Positions 19,955 to 30,921 of a stretch of 64,000 nucleotides of DNA are shown piece by piece. Position numbers and translations under genes: made by a program. The notes beneath the pieces are model-generated. The model was given only the letters and a program-made list of their open reading frames with translations, was not told the DNA's origin and ran no database searches. The stretch's first letter is position 1. Each line of letters opens with the position of its first letter. Origin of the DNA: Nitrospirota bacterium (GTDB taxonomy: Bacteria; Nitrospirota; UBA9217); NCBI GenBank assembly GCA_963741205.1, contig CAVUHW010000028.1, forward strand, positions 33,526 through 97,525. Reading direction: 5' to 3'.

Positions 19955-20662
19955 TCAAAATCCTATTTTTTTCTGATAGATCATGCTGACGAGTTCATCG
20001 CGGGAAATAATCCCTTTTTCCACGAGCAGGCTGGTGATTGCGTCGATCCGGACCCTGCAGTCCTGCAGCGCCTGCTGTGCGGTCTCTTCCTTGGACAGGA
20101 TTGGCGACTTCGCATCGTTCGTCTCCGATTTCGGCATGCTGAGGTCGCTTCCGCGGATAATTTCCATTTTCCCCTCCGAGGCATGTTCTCTCTGGTAAAA
20201 AGGGTTTAGTGTTTGTTTCCGGACGATTTTCTCGTGGTCGTAGTATGTCCTGATGGCGTCCAGGATCTCGGATTCCATGGCCAAAGTCGGTTTGATGTTC
20301 AGTCCTGTAATGAAGCGGATCTCGTCGATCGCTTTGATGTCAAGAGGATCCGACATGGCTAGCATGAGCATCCCCTTCTCCCGCCGGGCCGGAACCACGT
20401 GATATTTCCTGGCAACCTCGGCTTTGACGAGCTTAATAACGCCTTCGTGGATTTCCGGTTCGAACAGATTGATGTAGGGGGTCTTAAGTTTTTCGGCAAT
20501 GACGCGGGCGATGTCCTCCTCCTGCACAAATTCCAGTTCTATCAGGATGGAGCCCAGTTTGCCTCCCCAGTTCCGCTGATGAGAAAGAGCCGCAGAGAGT
20601 TGAAATTCATCGATGAGACCAGCTTCTTTCAGCAATTCGCCGAGTTTCCTGGCCTCTGGCAT
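19955..20662 (-). CDS. stand-alone GspE-N / MshEN-like domain protein (no ATPase domain)
   Basis: The likely start is MPEARKLGELL at 20662, with GGAGG 10 nt upstream. The tandem motifs KLGELLKEAGLIDEFQLSAALSHQ - RNWGG - KLGSILIELEFVQEEDIARVIAEK are followed by a T2SSE_N-like fold (YHVVPARREKGMLMLAMSDPLDIKAIDEIRFITGLNIKPTLAMESEILDAI). Confidence 0.7.
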   Translation of the reverse strand: MPEARKLGELLKEAGLIDEFQLSAALSHQRNWGGKLGSILIELEFVQEEDIARVIAEKLKTPYINLFEPEIHEGVIKLVKAEVARKYHVVPARREKGMLMLAMSDPLDIKAIDEIRFITGLNIKPTLAMESEILDAIRTYYDHEKIVRKQTLNPFYQREHASEGKMEIIRGSDLSMPKSETNDAKSPILSKEETAQQALQDCRVRIDAITSLLVEKGIISRDELVSMIYQKKIGF

Positions 20663-20834
20663 GGGTCCGGACCTCCACCAAAAATCGCGTTCTCGAGCTG
20701 ATTGTCGGTAATTATATGCTTCGGGAGCGCCGGATGTCAATAAGTATTGGAGGAAAAGAGTAATGGGGGGAGCGTTCCCCTGAAAAAAATCCGTTGCCGC
20801 CATCGAGCTTCGCCACGGTCAATGCCGGATTCGG

Positions 20835-21368
20835 TTAATCACCTTCAAACTCCGTAAGGGTGAAGACCTTGTAGCCCTTTTCCAGAAGCTTCTTTTTCCC
20901 GCCGATGTCCGGCAGATCCACGACAAAGGCCAACTCCACGACGACCGCGCCGAGCTTTTCGACAAGCGCCGCCGCGGCCAAGGCCGTCCCGCCCGTTGCC
21001 AGGAGGTCGTCCACAAGGAGGACCCTCTCGCCTTTTTTCAGGGCGTCCCGGTGAATCTCGATCTTGTCGGTTCCGTACTCGAGGCAATACTCCTGCGACA
21101 CGACCTCCGCGGGGAGCTTGCCTTTCTTGCGGATGGGGATGAAGCCTTTGCCGAGGGTATATGCCAGCGCCGATCCGATGATGAACCCCCTCGACTCGAT
21201 GCCGACGACCGTATCGAAATCAAAGTCCGCATGGGCATACCGCTGCGTCAGCGTGTCGATGACCAGCCTGAACCCGACGGGGTCCTTGATGAGCGTGGTT
21301 ATGTCGCGGAACATGATACCCTTCTTGGGATAATTCGGCACCGTCCTGATCTTTGATTTTATCGGCAT
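20835..21368 (-). CDS. apt: adenine phosphoribosyltransferase
   Basis: Intact 177-aa ORF: FRDITTLIKDPVGFRLVID, VVGIESRGFIIGSALAYTLG, ERVLLVDDLLATGGTALAAAALVEKLGA. Confidence 0.92.
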   Translation of the reverse strand: MPIKSKIRTVPNYPKKGIMFRDITTLIKDPVGFRLVIDTLTQRYAHADFDFDTVVGIESRGFIIGSALAYTLGKGFIPIRKKGKLPAEVVSQEYCLEYGTDKIEIHRDALKKGERVLLVDDLLATGGTALAAAALVEKLGAVVVELAFVVDLPDIGGKKKLLEKGYKVFTLTEFEGD

Positions 21369-21969
21369 GATTTCCTTTCTCCTTCAGCAGACTCGCCCTC
21401 TTCGTCACCGCCGTCGCCATACTGGTCCACACCGATACGGTAAAGGTCTTCCCCGTGCACATCATTCACGACGATCGCGGGAAAATCCTCGACTTCAAGC
21501 CGCATGACAGCCTCGGTCCCGAGTTCCGGATAGGCGACGATCTCGGCCTTCTTGATCGTCTTCGAGATGAGCGCTCCGGCCCCACCGATGGCTGCGAAAT
21601 AGACGGCCTTGTATTTAACGATCGCGTCCTTCACGGACTGCCCGCGCGGCCCCTTGCCGATCATTCCCTTGAGGCCGAGTTCAAGCAAGGCGGGCGTGTA
21701 CTTGTCCATGCGGTAGCTTGTCGTCGGACCCGCGGAACCGATCGCCCTTCCCGGCGACGCGGGCGTCGGCCCCGTGTAGTAGAGGATCTGCCCTTCAAGT
21801 CGAACGGCGGCTTCTCGCCCTTCTGGCGCCCCTCGACGAGTTGTTTGTGGGCCATGTCCCGGCCCGTGAATATGGTCCCGGTAATGACGACCCGATCGCC
21901 GGCCCTGAGCTTCATAACAACGTCGTCGGTCAAGGGAGGGGTGAGTTTAATGGGATCAGCCATGGTCAC
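21359..21969 (-). CDS. class I (Fe-S) fumarate/tartrate hydratase, beta subunit; one frame break
   Basis: MTMADPIKLTPPLTDDVVMKLRAGDRVVITGTIFTGRDMAHKQLVE (ORF 21661..21969), then MDKYTPALLELGLKGMIGKGPRGQSVKDAIVKYKAVYFAAIGGAGALISK...VEDFPAIVVNDVHGEDLY (ORF 21359..21709). Confidence 0.85.
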
Positions 21970-22089
21970 ATGACCTCGTCATCTCACGAAAGTCATCCAG
22001 CGAAGGCATCCTAAGACAATTCTCAATTCGAATAAATTTTATTCCGTGTCAAGTTCGAATGACGAATACGAGGAAATTCCGAAATTTCT

Positions 22090-22929
22090 TTACAAAATGA
22101 TCGTCTTGTGCCTTGCGGCGTGGCAGTTGATGTTCACGGCCACGGGCAGGCTCGCGATGTGGCAGGGAAAGCTTTCCACGTGCACGGCCATGGCCGTCAC
22201 TTTCCCCCCCAGGCCTTCAGGGCCGATGCCCGTCTTGTTTACGGCCTTGAGCAGCATTTCCTCGATTGCGGCGAGCTCCAGCCTGGCGTTCGGGCTGCCG
22301 ACTGGCCGGAGGAGCGCCTTTTTCGCGATGAGCGCCGCCTTCTCGAAATCGCCGCCGATGCCGACGCCGATCACCACCGGAGGACAGGGGTTTGCACCCG
22401 CTTTTCGCACGCATTCGAGGACGAAGTCTTTGATCCCCTCCACGCCCTCCGTCGGCCGCAGCATGCGGATCACGCTCATGTTTTCGCTCCCCGCGCCCTT
22501 GGCCATGAACGAGATCTTCAGCTTGTCGCCCGGCACCAGCTCGGTATAAATGATGGCCGGCGTATTGTCGCCGGTGTTTTTGCGCGTCAGCGGGTCGACG
22601 ACGGACTTTCTGAGATAGCCCTCTTTATATCCCTTGCGAACGCCTTCGTTGATGGCGTCCACGATAAATCCGTTCTTGATCCTCAGGTCCTGACCGATCT
22701 CGACGAAAAAAATGGCGATACCCGTGTCCTGGCAGACGGGAATGTGCTCTTCGCGGGCGATGCGCGCGTTTTCCTTGAGGAGCTCGATGATCTCCCTGGC
22801 CGCGGGCGCCGTCTCCGTTTCGGTCGCCCGGTCGAACGCCGTCAGAACGTCGTCGCTCACGTTGTATGCCGCATCGATGCAGATCTGCGCGACGTGGTCG
22901 ATGATCGCGCTTACATGAATTTCGCGCAT
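22090..22929 (-). CDS. class I (Fe-S) fumarate/tartrate hydratase, alpha subunit
   Basis: Intact 279-aa ORF: [24 protein letters not shown]...[20 protein letters not shown]...GAGSENMS...[30 protein letters not shown]. Confidence 0.9.
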   Translation of the reverse strand: MREIHVSAIIDHVAQICIDAAYNVSDDVLTAFDRATETETAPAAREIIELLKENARIAREEHIPVCQDTGIAIFFVEIGQDLRIKNGFIVDAINEGVRKGYKEGYLRKSVVDPLTRKNTGDNTPAIIYTELVPGDKLKISFMAKGAGSENMSVIRMLRPTEGVEGIKDFVLECVRKAGANPCPPVVIGVGIGGDFEKAALIAKKALLRPVGSPNARLELAAIEEMLLKAVNKTGIGPEGLGGKVTAMAVHVESFPCHIASLPVAVNINCHAARHKTIIL

Positions 22930-23834
22930 CCTGATCTCACCGCCTCAATGGACTTCATGAAAGCCGCCTTTTCTGCGGCGGTCAGGTTGATCTCGATCAC
23001 CTGTTCCATGCCTTTCTCGCCGAGTTTCACCGGCACTCCGGCGAACACGTCCCTTACGCCGTACTCTCCTGCGAGCCAGGCGGAACAGGGAAGGATCTTC
23101 TTTTTGTCCAGGAGCACCGCTTCCACCATCTCGAGCGTGGCCGCCGACGGCGCGTAATAGGCGCTCCCGGTCTTTAAGAGCGCAACGATCTCAGCGCCGC
23201 CGTTCCGCGTGCGGTCGACAAGCTTGTTGATCCGGTCCTCGCTCATGAGTTCCGTGATCGGGATCCCGGCCACGGTCGAGTAACGCGGCAGCGGCACCAT
23301 CGTGTCGCCGTGCCCGCCCAGGACGAAGGCATGGGTGTTCTCCACGGACACCCCGAGTTCCCCGGCTATGAACGTCCTGAACCTCGCCGAATCGAGGACA
23401 CCGCCCATTCCGATCACGCGCTCGCGAGGGAAACCTGCGGCCTTCATCGCCACGAATGCCATCACGTCCATGGGGTTCGTGACGACGATCATGACGGCCT
23501 TCGGGGACCGCCTGCCCGTCTCCGCGGCGACCTTCTTCACGATATCTCCGTTCGCTGCCAGGAGATCGTCGCGGCTCATGCCCGGCTTTCTCGCCAGGCC
23601 GGCCGTGATCACGATGACATCGGACCCGGCCGTTTCCTCATAGTCGTTTGAACCCGTGATCGTTGCGTCGTAGCCGAGTACGGGCCCTGCTTCCATGAGA
23701 TCGAGCCCCTTGCCCTGCGGCACGCCCTCAACCACGTCGACGAGAACGACATCCGCGAGCCGGGCCTCGGCGATCCGTTGCGCGAGCGTCGCCCCTACAT
23801 TGCCCGCGCCCACAACCGTAACTTTCTTTCTCAC
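22911..23834 (-). CDS. mdh: malate dehydrogenase (LDH-like family)
   Basis: The GTG start at 23834 has GGAGG 7 nt upstream. Blocks: [80 protein letters not shown]. The longer ORF to 23936 covers an intergenic repeat. Confidence 0.92.
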   Translation of the reverse strand: MRKKVTVVGAGNVGATLAQRIAEARLADVVLVDVVEGVPQGKGLDLMEAGPVLGYDATITGSNDYEETAGSDVIVITAGLARKPGMSRDDLLAANGDIVKKVAAETGRRSPKAVMIVVTNPMDVMAFVAMKAAGFPRERVIGMGGVLDSARFRTFIAGELGVSVENTHAFVLGGHGDTMVPLPRYSTVAGIPITELMSEDRINKLVDRTRNGGAEIVALLKTGSAYYAPSAATLEMVEAVLLDKKKILPCSAWLAGEYGVRDVFAGVPVKLGEKGMEQVIEINLTAAEKAAFMKSIEAVRSGCAKFM

Positions 23835-23853
23835 TCCAACACCTCCAAAGAAT

Positions 23854-23926
23854 GGCATAGCGCAGAGCGCATAGAGCATGGCGTTTAAATCTTTTTCGCT
23901 TTGCGCTATGCGCCATGCGCTTTGCG
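23854..23926. repeat. 30-bp imperfect inverted repeat (ATAGCGCAGAGCGCAT family)
   Basis: Left arm ggcatagcgcagagcgcatagagcatggcg, right arm cgctttgcgctatgcgccatgcgctttgcg, pairing at 23 of 30 positions around a 13-nt loop. The 16-mer ATAGCGCAGAGCGCAT recurs at 51849-51864. Confidence 0.7.
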
Positions 23927-23942
23927 ATTTCAGCATTGCGCA

Positions 23943-25221
23943 TTACAGCTTCGTGATTTTTACTTTGGTGATCTTTCTCCCCTCGAGTTCCAGGACCTCG
24001 AGCTTAAGGTTCCGGTACCTGAGTTGCTCGCCCACCTTCGGCATTCTTCCGAAAAGACCGAACACGAAACCGCCGAGCGTATTGAACTCCGTGGACTGGA
24101 GGTTTGTGTCGAGTAGCTCGTTAACCTCATCGAGCGCCGATTGGCCCGAGACCACGAAGTTCTTCTCGTCGACGATCTGGACGTCCTTCTCCTCGGCTTC
24201 GAGTTCGTCGTGGATGCTGCCGACGATCTCCTCAATCAGGTCTTCCAGCGTCACGAGGCCGGCCGTGCCGCCGTATTCGTCGATGACGATGGCGAGTTGA
24301 AAGCGCTCACGCTGCATCTCCGAGAGGAGTTCGCTCACGCGCTTGTTCTCCGGGATGAAGTACGCCGGCCTGATGAATTGCCGGATGCCGTCTTCCCGCT
24401 TCACCTCGCCCGACCGCCATGGCGACCAGGATGTCCTTGATATACAGCGTGCCGATGACCGTGTCCACCGTGTCCTCGATCACGGGATATCGGGAAAACC
24501 CGTGCTCCGACACGAGGGCGAACACTTCCTGAAGGGTAACATTCGACGGAACGCTCACGATTTCGGTCCGCGGCCGCATCGCCTGAGAAGCCAGCGTGTC
24601 GCCGAATTCGAAGACCTTGTGCAGCAGCTCCTTCTCCTCTTCCTTGAGCGAGCCCCGCTCCTCGCCGAGATTGATCATGGCCTTGATATCCTCTTCCGTG
24701 ACCGCCGCCGAGCAGGACACTCCCTGCGGTCCCGGACCGGCGAGCACATCGGCCGTACGGACCAGAAAACGCGCCGCGGGCGACAGGAGCGCGACCGCGG
24801 CCCGCAGCGACGGCGCCGCGGCGAGCGCAAAACCGTCGGGATTCCTGCAGGCGAGTCCCTTGGGCACAAGTTTGGCGATGAACACGACGATTGCGCTCAT
24901 GGCCGTTACGGTAACCAGCGCCGCTACGGAGACATAGGCAAAGGCATGTATCGCGACAACCGTGCCGATCACCGCTGACAGCACGATGAAGAAGTTCTCG
25001 GCCAGCAGGAGGGTCGCATGGAGGCCGTCCCGCTCCTGCACCAGCTCTAGTGCCACCGCCGCCCGGCGGTTCCCGGTTTCAGCCAGCTGCTGCAGGTGCG
25101 CCTTGTTGGACAAGACGAGGGCCGTCTCCGCGGCCGCGCTCAAGGCCGCGATGAGAACGCTCATCCCCGCCGCCCCCATCAGCAGCCAGTTATCGGATAT
25201 GAATGTGAGGAAGGTGTCCAT
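23943..25221 (-). CDS. HlyC/CorC (CNNM) family transporter: DUF21 - CBS pair - CorC_HlyC; one frame break
   Basis: ORF 24307..25221 gives the membrane DUF21 part (...AETALVLSNKAHLQQLAETGNRRAAVALELVQERD...) and the first CBS. ORF 23943..24404 gives FIPENKRVSELLSEMQRERFQLAIVIDEYGGTAGLVTLEDLIEEIVGSI...GGFVFGLFGRMPKVGEQL. Confidence 0.85.
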
Positions 25222-25330
25222 GATTTCGATTGCGGATTTCGGATTGCGGAATGCGGAATAAAGGCAAAGAATTGCCGCAGTCGCTACGGTTTTTCAATCC
25301 GCAATCCGCAATTCCGAAATCCGCAATTTC
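25222..25330. repeat. about 33-bp imperfect inverted repeat built from ATTGCGGA units, filling the whole intergenic spacer
   Basis: The left arm gatttcgattgcggatttcggattgcggaatgcggaat (25222-25259) pairs with the right arm caatccgcaatccgcaattccgaaatccgcaatttc (25295-25330). The 35-nt loop contains a small GGCAA/TTGCC hairpin. Confidence 0.8.
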
Positions 25331-27125
25331 ATGTCTTCTCTCCCGTCACCCGGATGACTTCGTCGAACGTGGTCTCGCCTTTCAGCATTTTTTTCACGGC
25401 GGCCTCGCGCAGACCGACCATGCCGTCGGCAACGGCCGTTTTCCGAATGAGTTCGTCATCCGCCTTGTCCCGGATGATGTTCCTGATCTTCTCGTTCACT
25501 TCCAGGACCTCGAAGATGCCGGTGCGTCCCAGGTATCCCGTACCCCGGCACTGGGTGCACCCTTCGCCGAATTTTACCACGATCCTGCAGTCCCTGCTCG
25601 AAGCGAGCCCCACGGCCTGGGCCTCCTCGGGCAGCAGTTCGTATTCCTTCTCGCAGTGTTTGCAGACCTTCCGGACCAGCCGCTGCGCCATCACGCCGAT
25701 GACCGTCGAGGAGATCAGGTACGGAGGCACCCCGAGATCGAGGAGCCTCGTAATCGTGCTCGCCGCATCGTTCGTGTGGAGCGTCGAGAAGACAAGATGG
25801 CCCGTCAAGGCCGCCTGCACCGCGTTCTCCGCCGTCTCGAGGTCGCGGATCTCGCCGACCATGATGATGTCCGGGTCCTGGCGCAGGATCGTCCGGAGCG
25901 TGCTGCCGAAGGTAATGCCGATCTGGGGCTGGACCCCCACCTGGTTGAACTTGTCGTAGACCATTTCGATGGGGTCCTCGATCGTCACGACATTCACCTC
26001 GGGTGTGGCAATGGTCTTGAGGGCGGAATACAGCGTCGTGGTCTTCCCGCTGCCCGTCGGACCGGTCACCAGGACGATGCCGTAGGGCCTCGCAATGAAA
26101 GAACGGAACAGCTCGTACTCGCGCGGCTCGAACCCGATCTCCTCGAGGTCCTGGAGCACGATATCAGGGTCGAAGATCCTGATCACCACCTTCTCGCCGA
26201 AGGCCGTCGGCATGGTGGACACGCGGAGCTCGACCTCCCGCGACTTGTATTCGGTCTTGATCCTGCCGTCCTGGGGCCGCCGCTTCTCGGCGATGTCCAT
26301 GCGGGAGAGCATTTTGACGCGGGAGACAAAGGCCGGATGGACGGCCTTGGGTATCCGGTGGATGGTATTCAGCATGCCGTCGATCCTGAGGCGGACCTCG
26401 CTCGCGTCGCGCTTGGGCTCAATGTGGATGTCGCTGGCCCGCTGGTCGAAGGCATAGCGGAACAGGAACTCAACGGCATTAATGACGTGTTTGTCCGTGG
26501 CCTCGATCTCGGACACGGACTTCATCTTGACGAACTGCTCGAGGTTCCCGAGGTCGACATCGGCGGACATCTCTTTTGCCGCCGCGGTCACCGAGGAGCG
26601 GAAGCCGTAGAATTCAGTGATGATCTTCAGGATATCGGTCTTCGGGGAAACGACGCGGTTTACCTTGTAGCCCATGCACTCGATGTTCTCGACGACTTCA
26701 ATATTAAGGGATCCGCAACGGCAAGGGTCAGGCTTTCCTCATTGCGTTCGATGGGTATGGAAATACTGCGCCTGCGCAAAGGCCCGCGACAGGATCTGCG
26801 TCGTCACCTCGGGATTGAGTTTGAGGGGGTCGATTTTCCTGAACGGCAGGCCGGCGTGGACTGCCACCGCTTCGGTGATGATGTCTTCGGTCAGGATCTG
26901 GCCCGGGGCGCCGGGCATCTCCAGGTTCAACGATGCGGCGACTTCGATGGCAGATACCTCATCCTCGATATGCATCCTGCCGCGGTGCAGTGTTTCCCCT
27001 CTTGCCTTCAAGAGCTTCATCCGCTGAACATCCTGTTTTACTTTGATCTCCTTGGCCTGCGCGGGCGAAAGCTTTCCAGCCTTGATCAGGATGTCGCAGA
27101 GCATGTCGGTCGTCAGTCTTTTCAT
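25329..27125 (-). CDS. GspE/PilB-family type II/IV secretion ATPase; one frame break
   Basis: ORF 25329..26675 contains ASDIHIEP, Walker A VLVTGPTGSGKTTTLYS, IIMVGEIRDLETA, GHLVFSTLHTNDA and a tetra-Cys cluster CKHCEKE...CTQCRGTGY. The N-terminal T2SSE_N-like domain lies in ORF 26739..27140, with the break near 26720. Confidence 0.88.
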
Positions 27126-27200
27126 AAAATATATCTGCACCCCCCGGACAGGGGAAAATCATACGCATTATTATACAACAACCGGCCCGAACGAAGCGTC

Positions 27201-27231
27201 AAATATAAAAGGCCCCCGGAGGAGGGGGGCC
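27201..27231 (-). terminator. Rho-independent terminator
   Basis: The minus strand reads GGCCCCC-ctcctcc-GGGGGCC followed by TTTTATATTT. Confidence 0.7.
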
Positions 27232-27265
27232 ATCTCGTGTCTGGAAGCCGGGACTGTCAGCGAAA

Positions 27266-27467
27266 CTACATCTTCGCCGGTTTGGCAGGCGCGGGCGTCG
27301 GCGCGGGCGCCGGCGTTGGAGCAGGAGCGGGCGCCGGTGCCGGAGCAGGCGTGCGTCATGATCGGTTGCGGAGCCGGCTGGGGGGTCTCTGCCTTTTTCT
27401 CGCAGCCGGTAAGCATCACCGCAATACCGATGACCAAAATCTGAATGAGCGATAAATATTTTTTCAA
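27266..27467 (-). CDS. small Pro/Ala-rich lipoprotein (frame ambiguous)
   Basis: AAAGGAGG lies 7 nt before the TTG at 27467. The sequence reads KKYLSLIQILVIGIAVMLTGC (lipobox) EKKAETPQPAPQP. An alternative frame then reads TPAPAPAPAPAPTPAPAPTPAPAKPAKM with its stop at 27266-27268, just before the terminator. The tracked ORF 27171..27545 reads through the terminator hairpin instead. Confidence 0.45.
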
Positions 27468-27574
27468 GAACGTACCTCCTTTCGGACTATTGCCTGCATC
27501 GTGCGAATTGATAGAAGCGCCTCGGTTCGATAAAACGAGGGGCACGCATTCATTTGCCGGGTGCGGCGATTCGC

Positions 27575-27802
27575 CTAGAGGATCCTTGTCGCGACCGAAC
27601 GGGTAACGGTGAGCTCCCTCACTTTCTGGCCAAGCTTTTCTTCCAATGCTACCTGCTGTTCTTCGTTAAGACGGAGGCGGAAGACCCGGAGCTTGTTCAG
27701 GGACTTCTTCGTGAGATGAATCTCCCGAAGCTCAAAACCGATCTGTTTTTTTATTTCAGCGCTCTGCTGCGGGGTCAACTCAAGTTTTACAAAATCTTCC
27801 AC
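27575..27802 (-). CDS. small hypothetical protein with an internal 27-residue duplication
   Basis: VKLELTPQQSAEIKKQIGFELREIHLT and FRLRLNEEQQVALEEKLGQKVRELTVT align position by position. No family is recognised. Confidence 0.4.
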   Translation of the reverse strand: MEDFVKLELTPQQSAEIKKQIGFELREIHLTKKSLNKLRVFRLRLNEEQQVALEEKLGQKVRELTVTRSVATRIL

Positions 27803-27926
27803 TCTAGGTGCCCTCCATAGACGGCAATTATAGGCTCTTTCCCGTGCAAATACAAGACTTATTTGTTTCTCATAATGATTTTCGGGCTGTGATCGCCGTC
27901 ACCTTTTCAACACAGCAAAGCGCTCT

Positions 27927-29619
<1,693 letters not shown>

Positions 29620-29639
29620 GAAACCCCCTTCGGGTAAAT

Positions 29640-29745
29640 TCCAAATAGCAAATCACAAGTTCAAATAACAATCAGATTCAAAATGTCCAGGGGAAAACGT
29701 CAAGTCTGCTGCTTCTCACTTTGAACTTATTGTTACTTTGACTTT
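29640..29745. repeat. low-complexity intergenic element with complementary words (AGTTCAAA/TTTGAACT, TAACAAT/ATTGTTA)
   Basis: It lies between the ispG 3' end and the proS start. The words are complementary but not in simple hairpin order. Confidence 0.4.
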
Positions 29746-29778
29746 GTTTTGTTTCGTAAACGATCTCTTCCACTTCCT

Positions 29779-30827
29779 TCACCAGCACATCGGCAAGCTC
29801 TCTTCTCGTCGAACTTTCTTAAGGATCTCGCCGTGCTTGAACAGAAGCCCCACGCCCTTGCCGCCGGCGATGCCGACGTCGGCCTCGCGCGCCTCGCCGG
29901 GCCCGTTCACCACGCAGCCCATGACCGCAACGGTGACCGGCTCCTTGATGTGGGCAAGCCTCTTCTCCACTTTTTCCGCGAGGCCGATGATGTCGATCTC
30001 GGTCCTGCCGCAGGTGGGGCAGGAGATGATGTTCACCCCGCGCTGGCTGATCTTGAGCGATTTCAGTATCTCGTAGGCCACGCGCACTTCCTCCACCGGG
30101 TCGGCGGTAAGCGACACCCGCAGGGTATCGCCGATGCCCTCGGAAAGCAGGATGCCCAGGCCGACGCTCGATTTGATCGTGCCCGAAAAGAGCGTTCCGG
30201 CCTCGGAGATGCCGATATGGAGCGGATAGTCGGACTTCTCCGAAAAGAGCCGGTAGGCCGCGACGGTCGTGAGCACGTCCGATGCCTTGAGAGACACCTT
30301 GATGTTCCGTGTAATCCAGGTCTTCGAGGATCCGGATATGGCCGAAAGCGCTTTCGACGATGGCTGCAGGCGTCGGATGGCCGTACTTTTCGAGCAGATG
30401 CTTTTCGAGCGAGCCGGCATTCACGCCGATCCGGATGGGGATGCTCCGTGTCCCTGCACGCCCGGACAACTTCGGCAACCTTCTCTTTCCCGCCGATGTT
30501 GCCCGGATTGATGCGAAGGCCGTCCACGCCCTGCTCTCACGGACTCGAGCGCGAGGCGGTAATCGAAGTGGATATCGGCGATCAGGGGCATTGCGGTGCC
30601 CTTTCTGATCTTCCCGAGCGACTTTGCGGCCTCTTCGTCCGGGACCGCGAGCCGCACGATCTCGCACCCGGCCTCTTCAAGCCGCCTGATCTGGGCGAGC
30701 GTCGCCTCCGCGTCGCGGGTGTCCGTGTTGCACATGGACTGGACCGCCACCGGCGCGCCGCCGCCGATCTTGACGGTGCCGAGGGTGATCTGCCTGGTTT
30801 TTTTGCGAAGGATTTCTGTATATCACG
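29779..30827 (-). CDS. ispG: 4-hydroxy-3-methylbut-2-enyl diphosphate synthase; several frame breaks
   Basis: GTG at 30827, then VIYRNPSQK. After a break in the 7-nt homopolymer at 30798-30804 the sequence continues [54 protein letters not shown], then [24 protein letters not shown] and [20 protein letters not shown]. The exact 3' end is uncertain. Confidence 0.85.
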
Positions 30828-30921
30828 CTATCATTCAAATCAGCCGCAGAGCGCGCAGTCTGCGAAGAGTAAACCGGTGCCATCGCTCGAGTCTCCGCGC
30901 CTACGCGAGGCATAATTGGTT

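Noticed and set aside
25230-27455. Very long plus-strand ORF (741 aa), and similar ones at 22108..23157, 27808..29172, 29749..30915, 46407..47123 and 61362..61826.
   Set aside because: They lie antisense to genes with unmistakable conserved motifs (GspE/PilB, fumarase, proS, ispG, GltD, TolA linker). Their composition is Arg/Gly/His/Asp-rich and low-complexity. They are typical shadow ORFs of high-GC DNA.
27171-27545. 124-aa ORF as tracked, with the Cys/Arg-rich tail ...HACSGTGARSCSNAGARADARACQTG... reading through 27201-27231.
   Set aside because: The tail covers a clean terminator hairpin. The alternative frame gives a natural Pro/Ala-rich lipoprotein tail that ends just before the terminator. 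Only the lipoprotein N-terminus is trusted.
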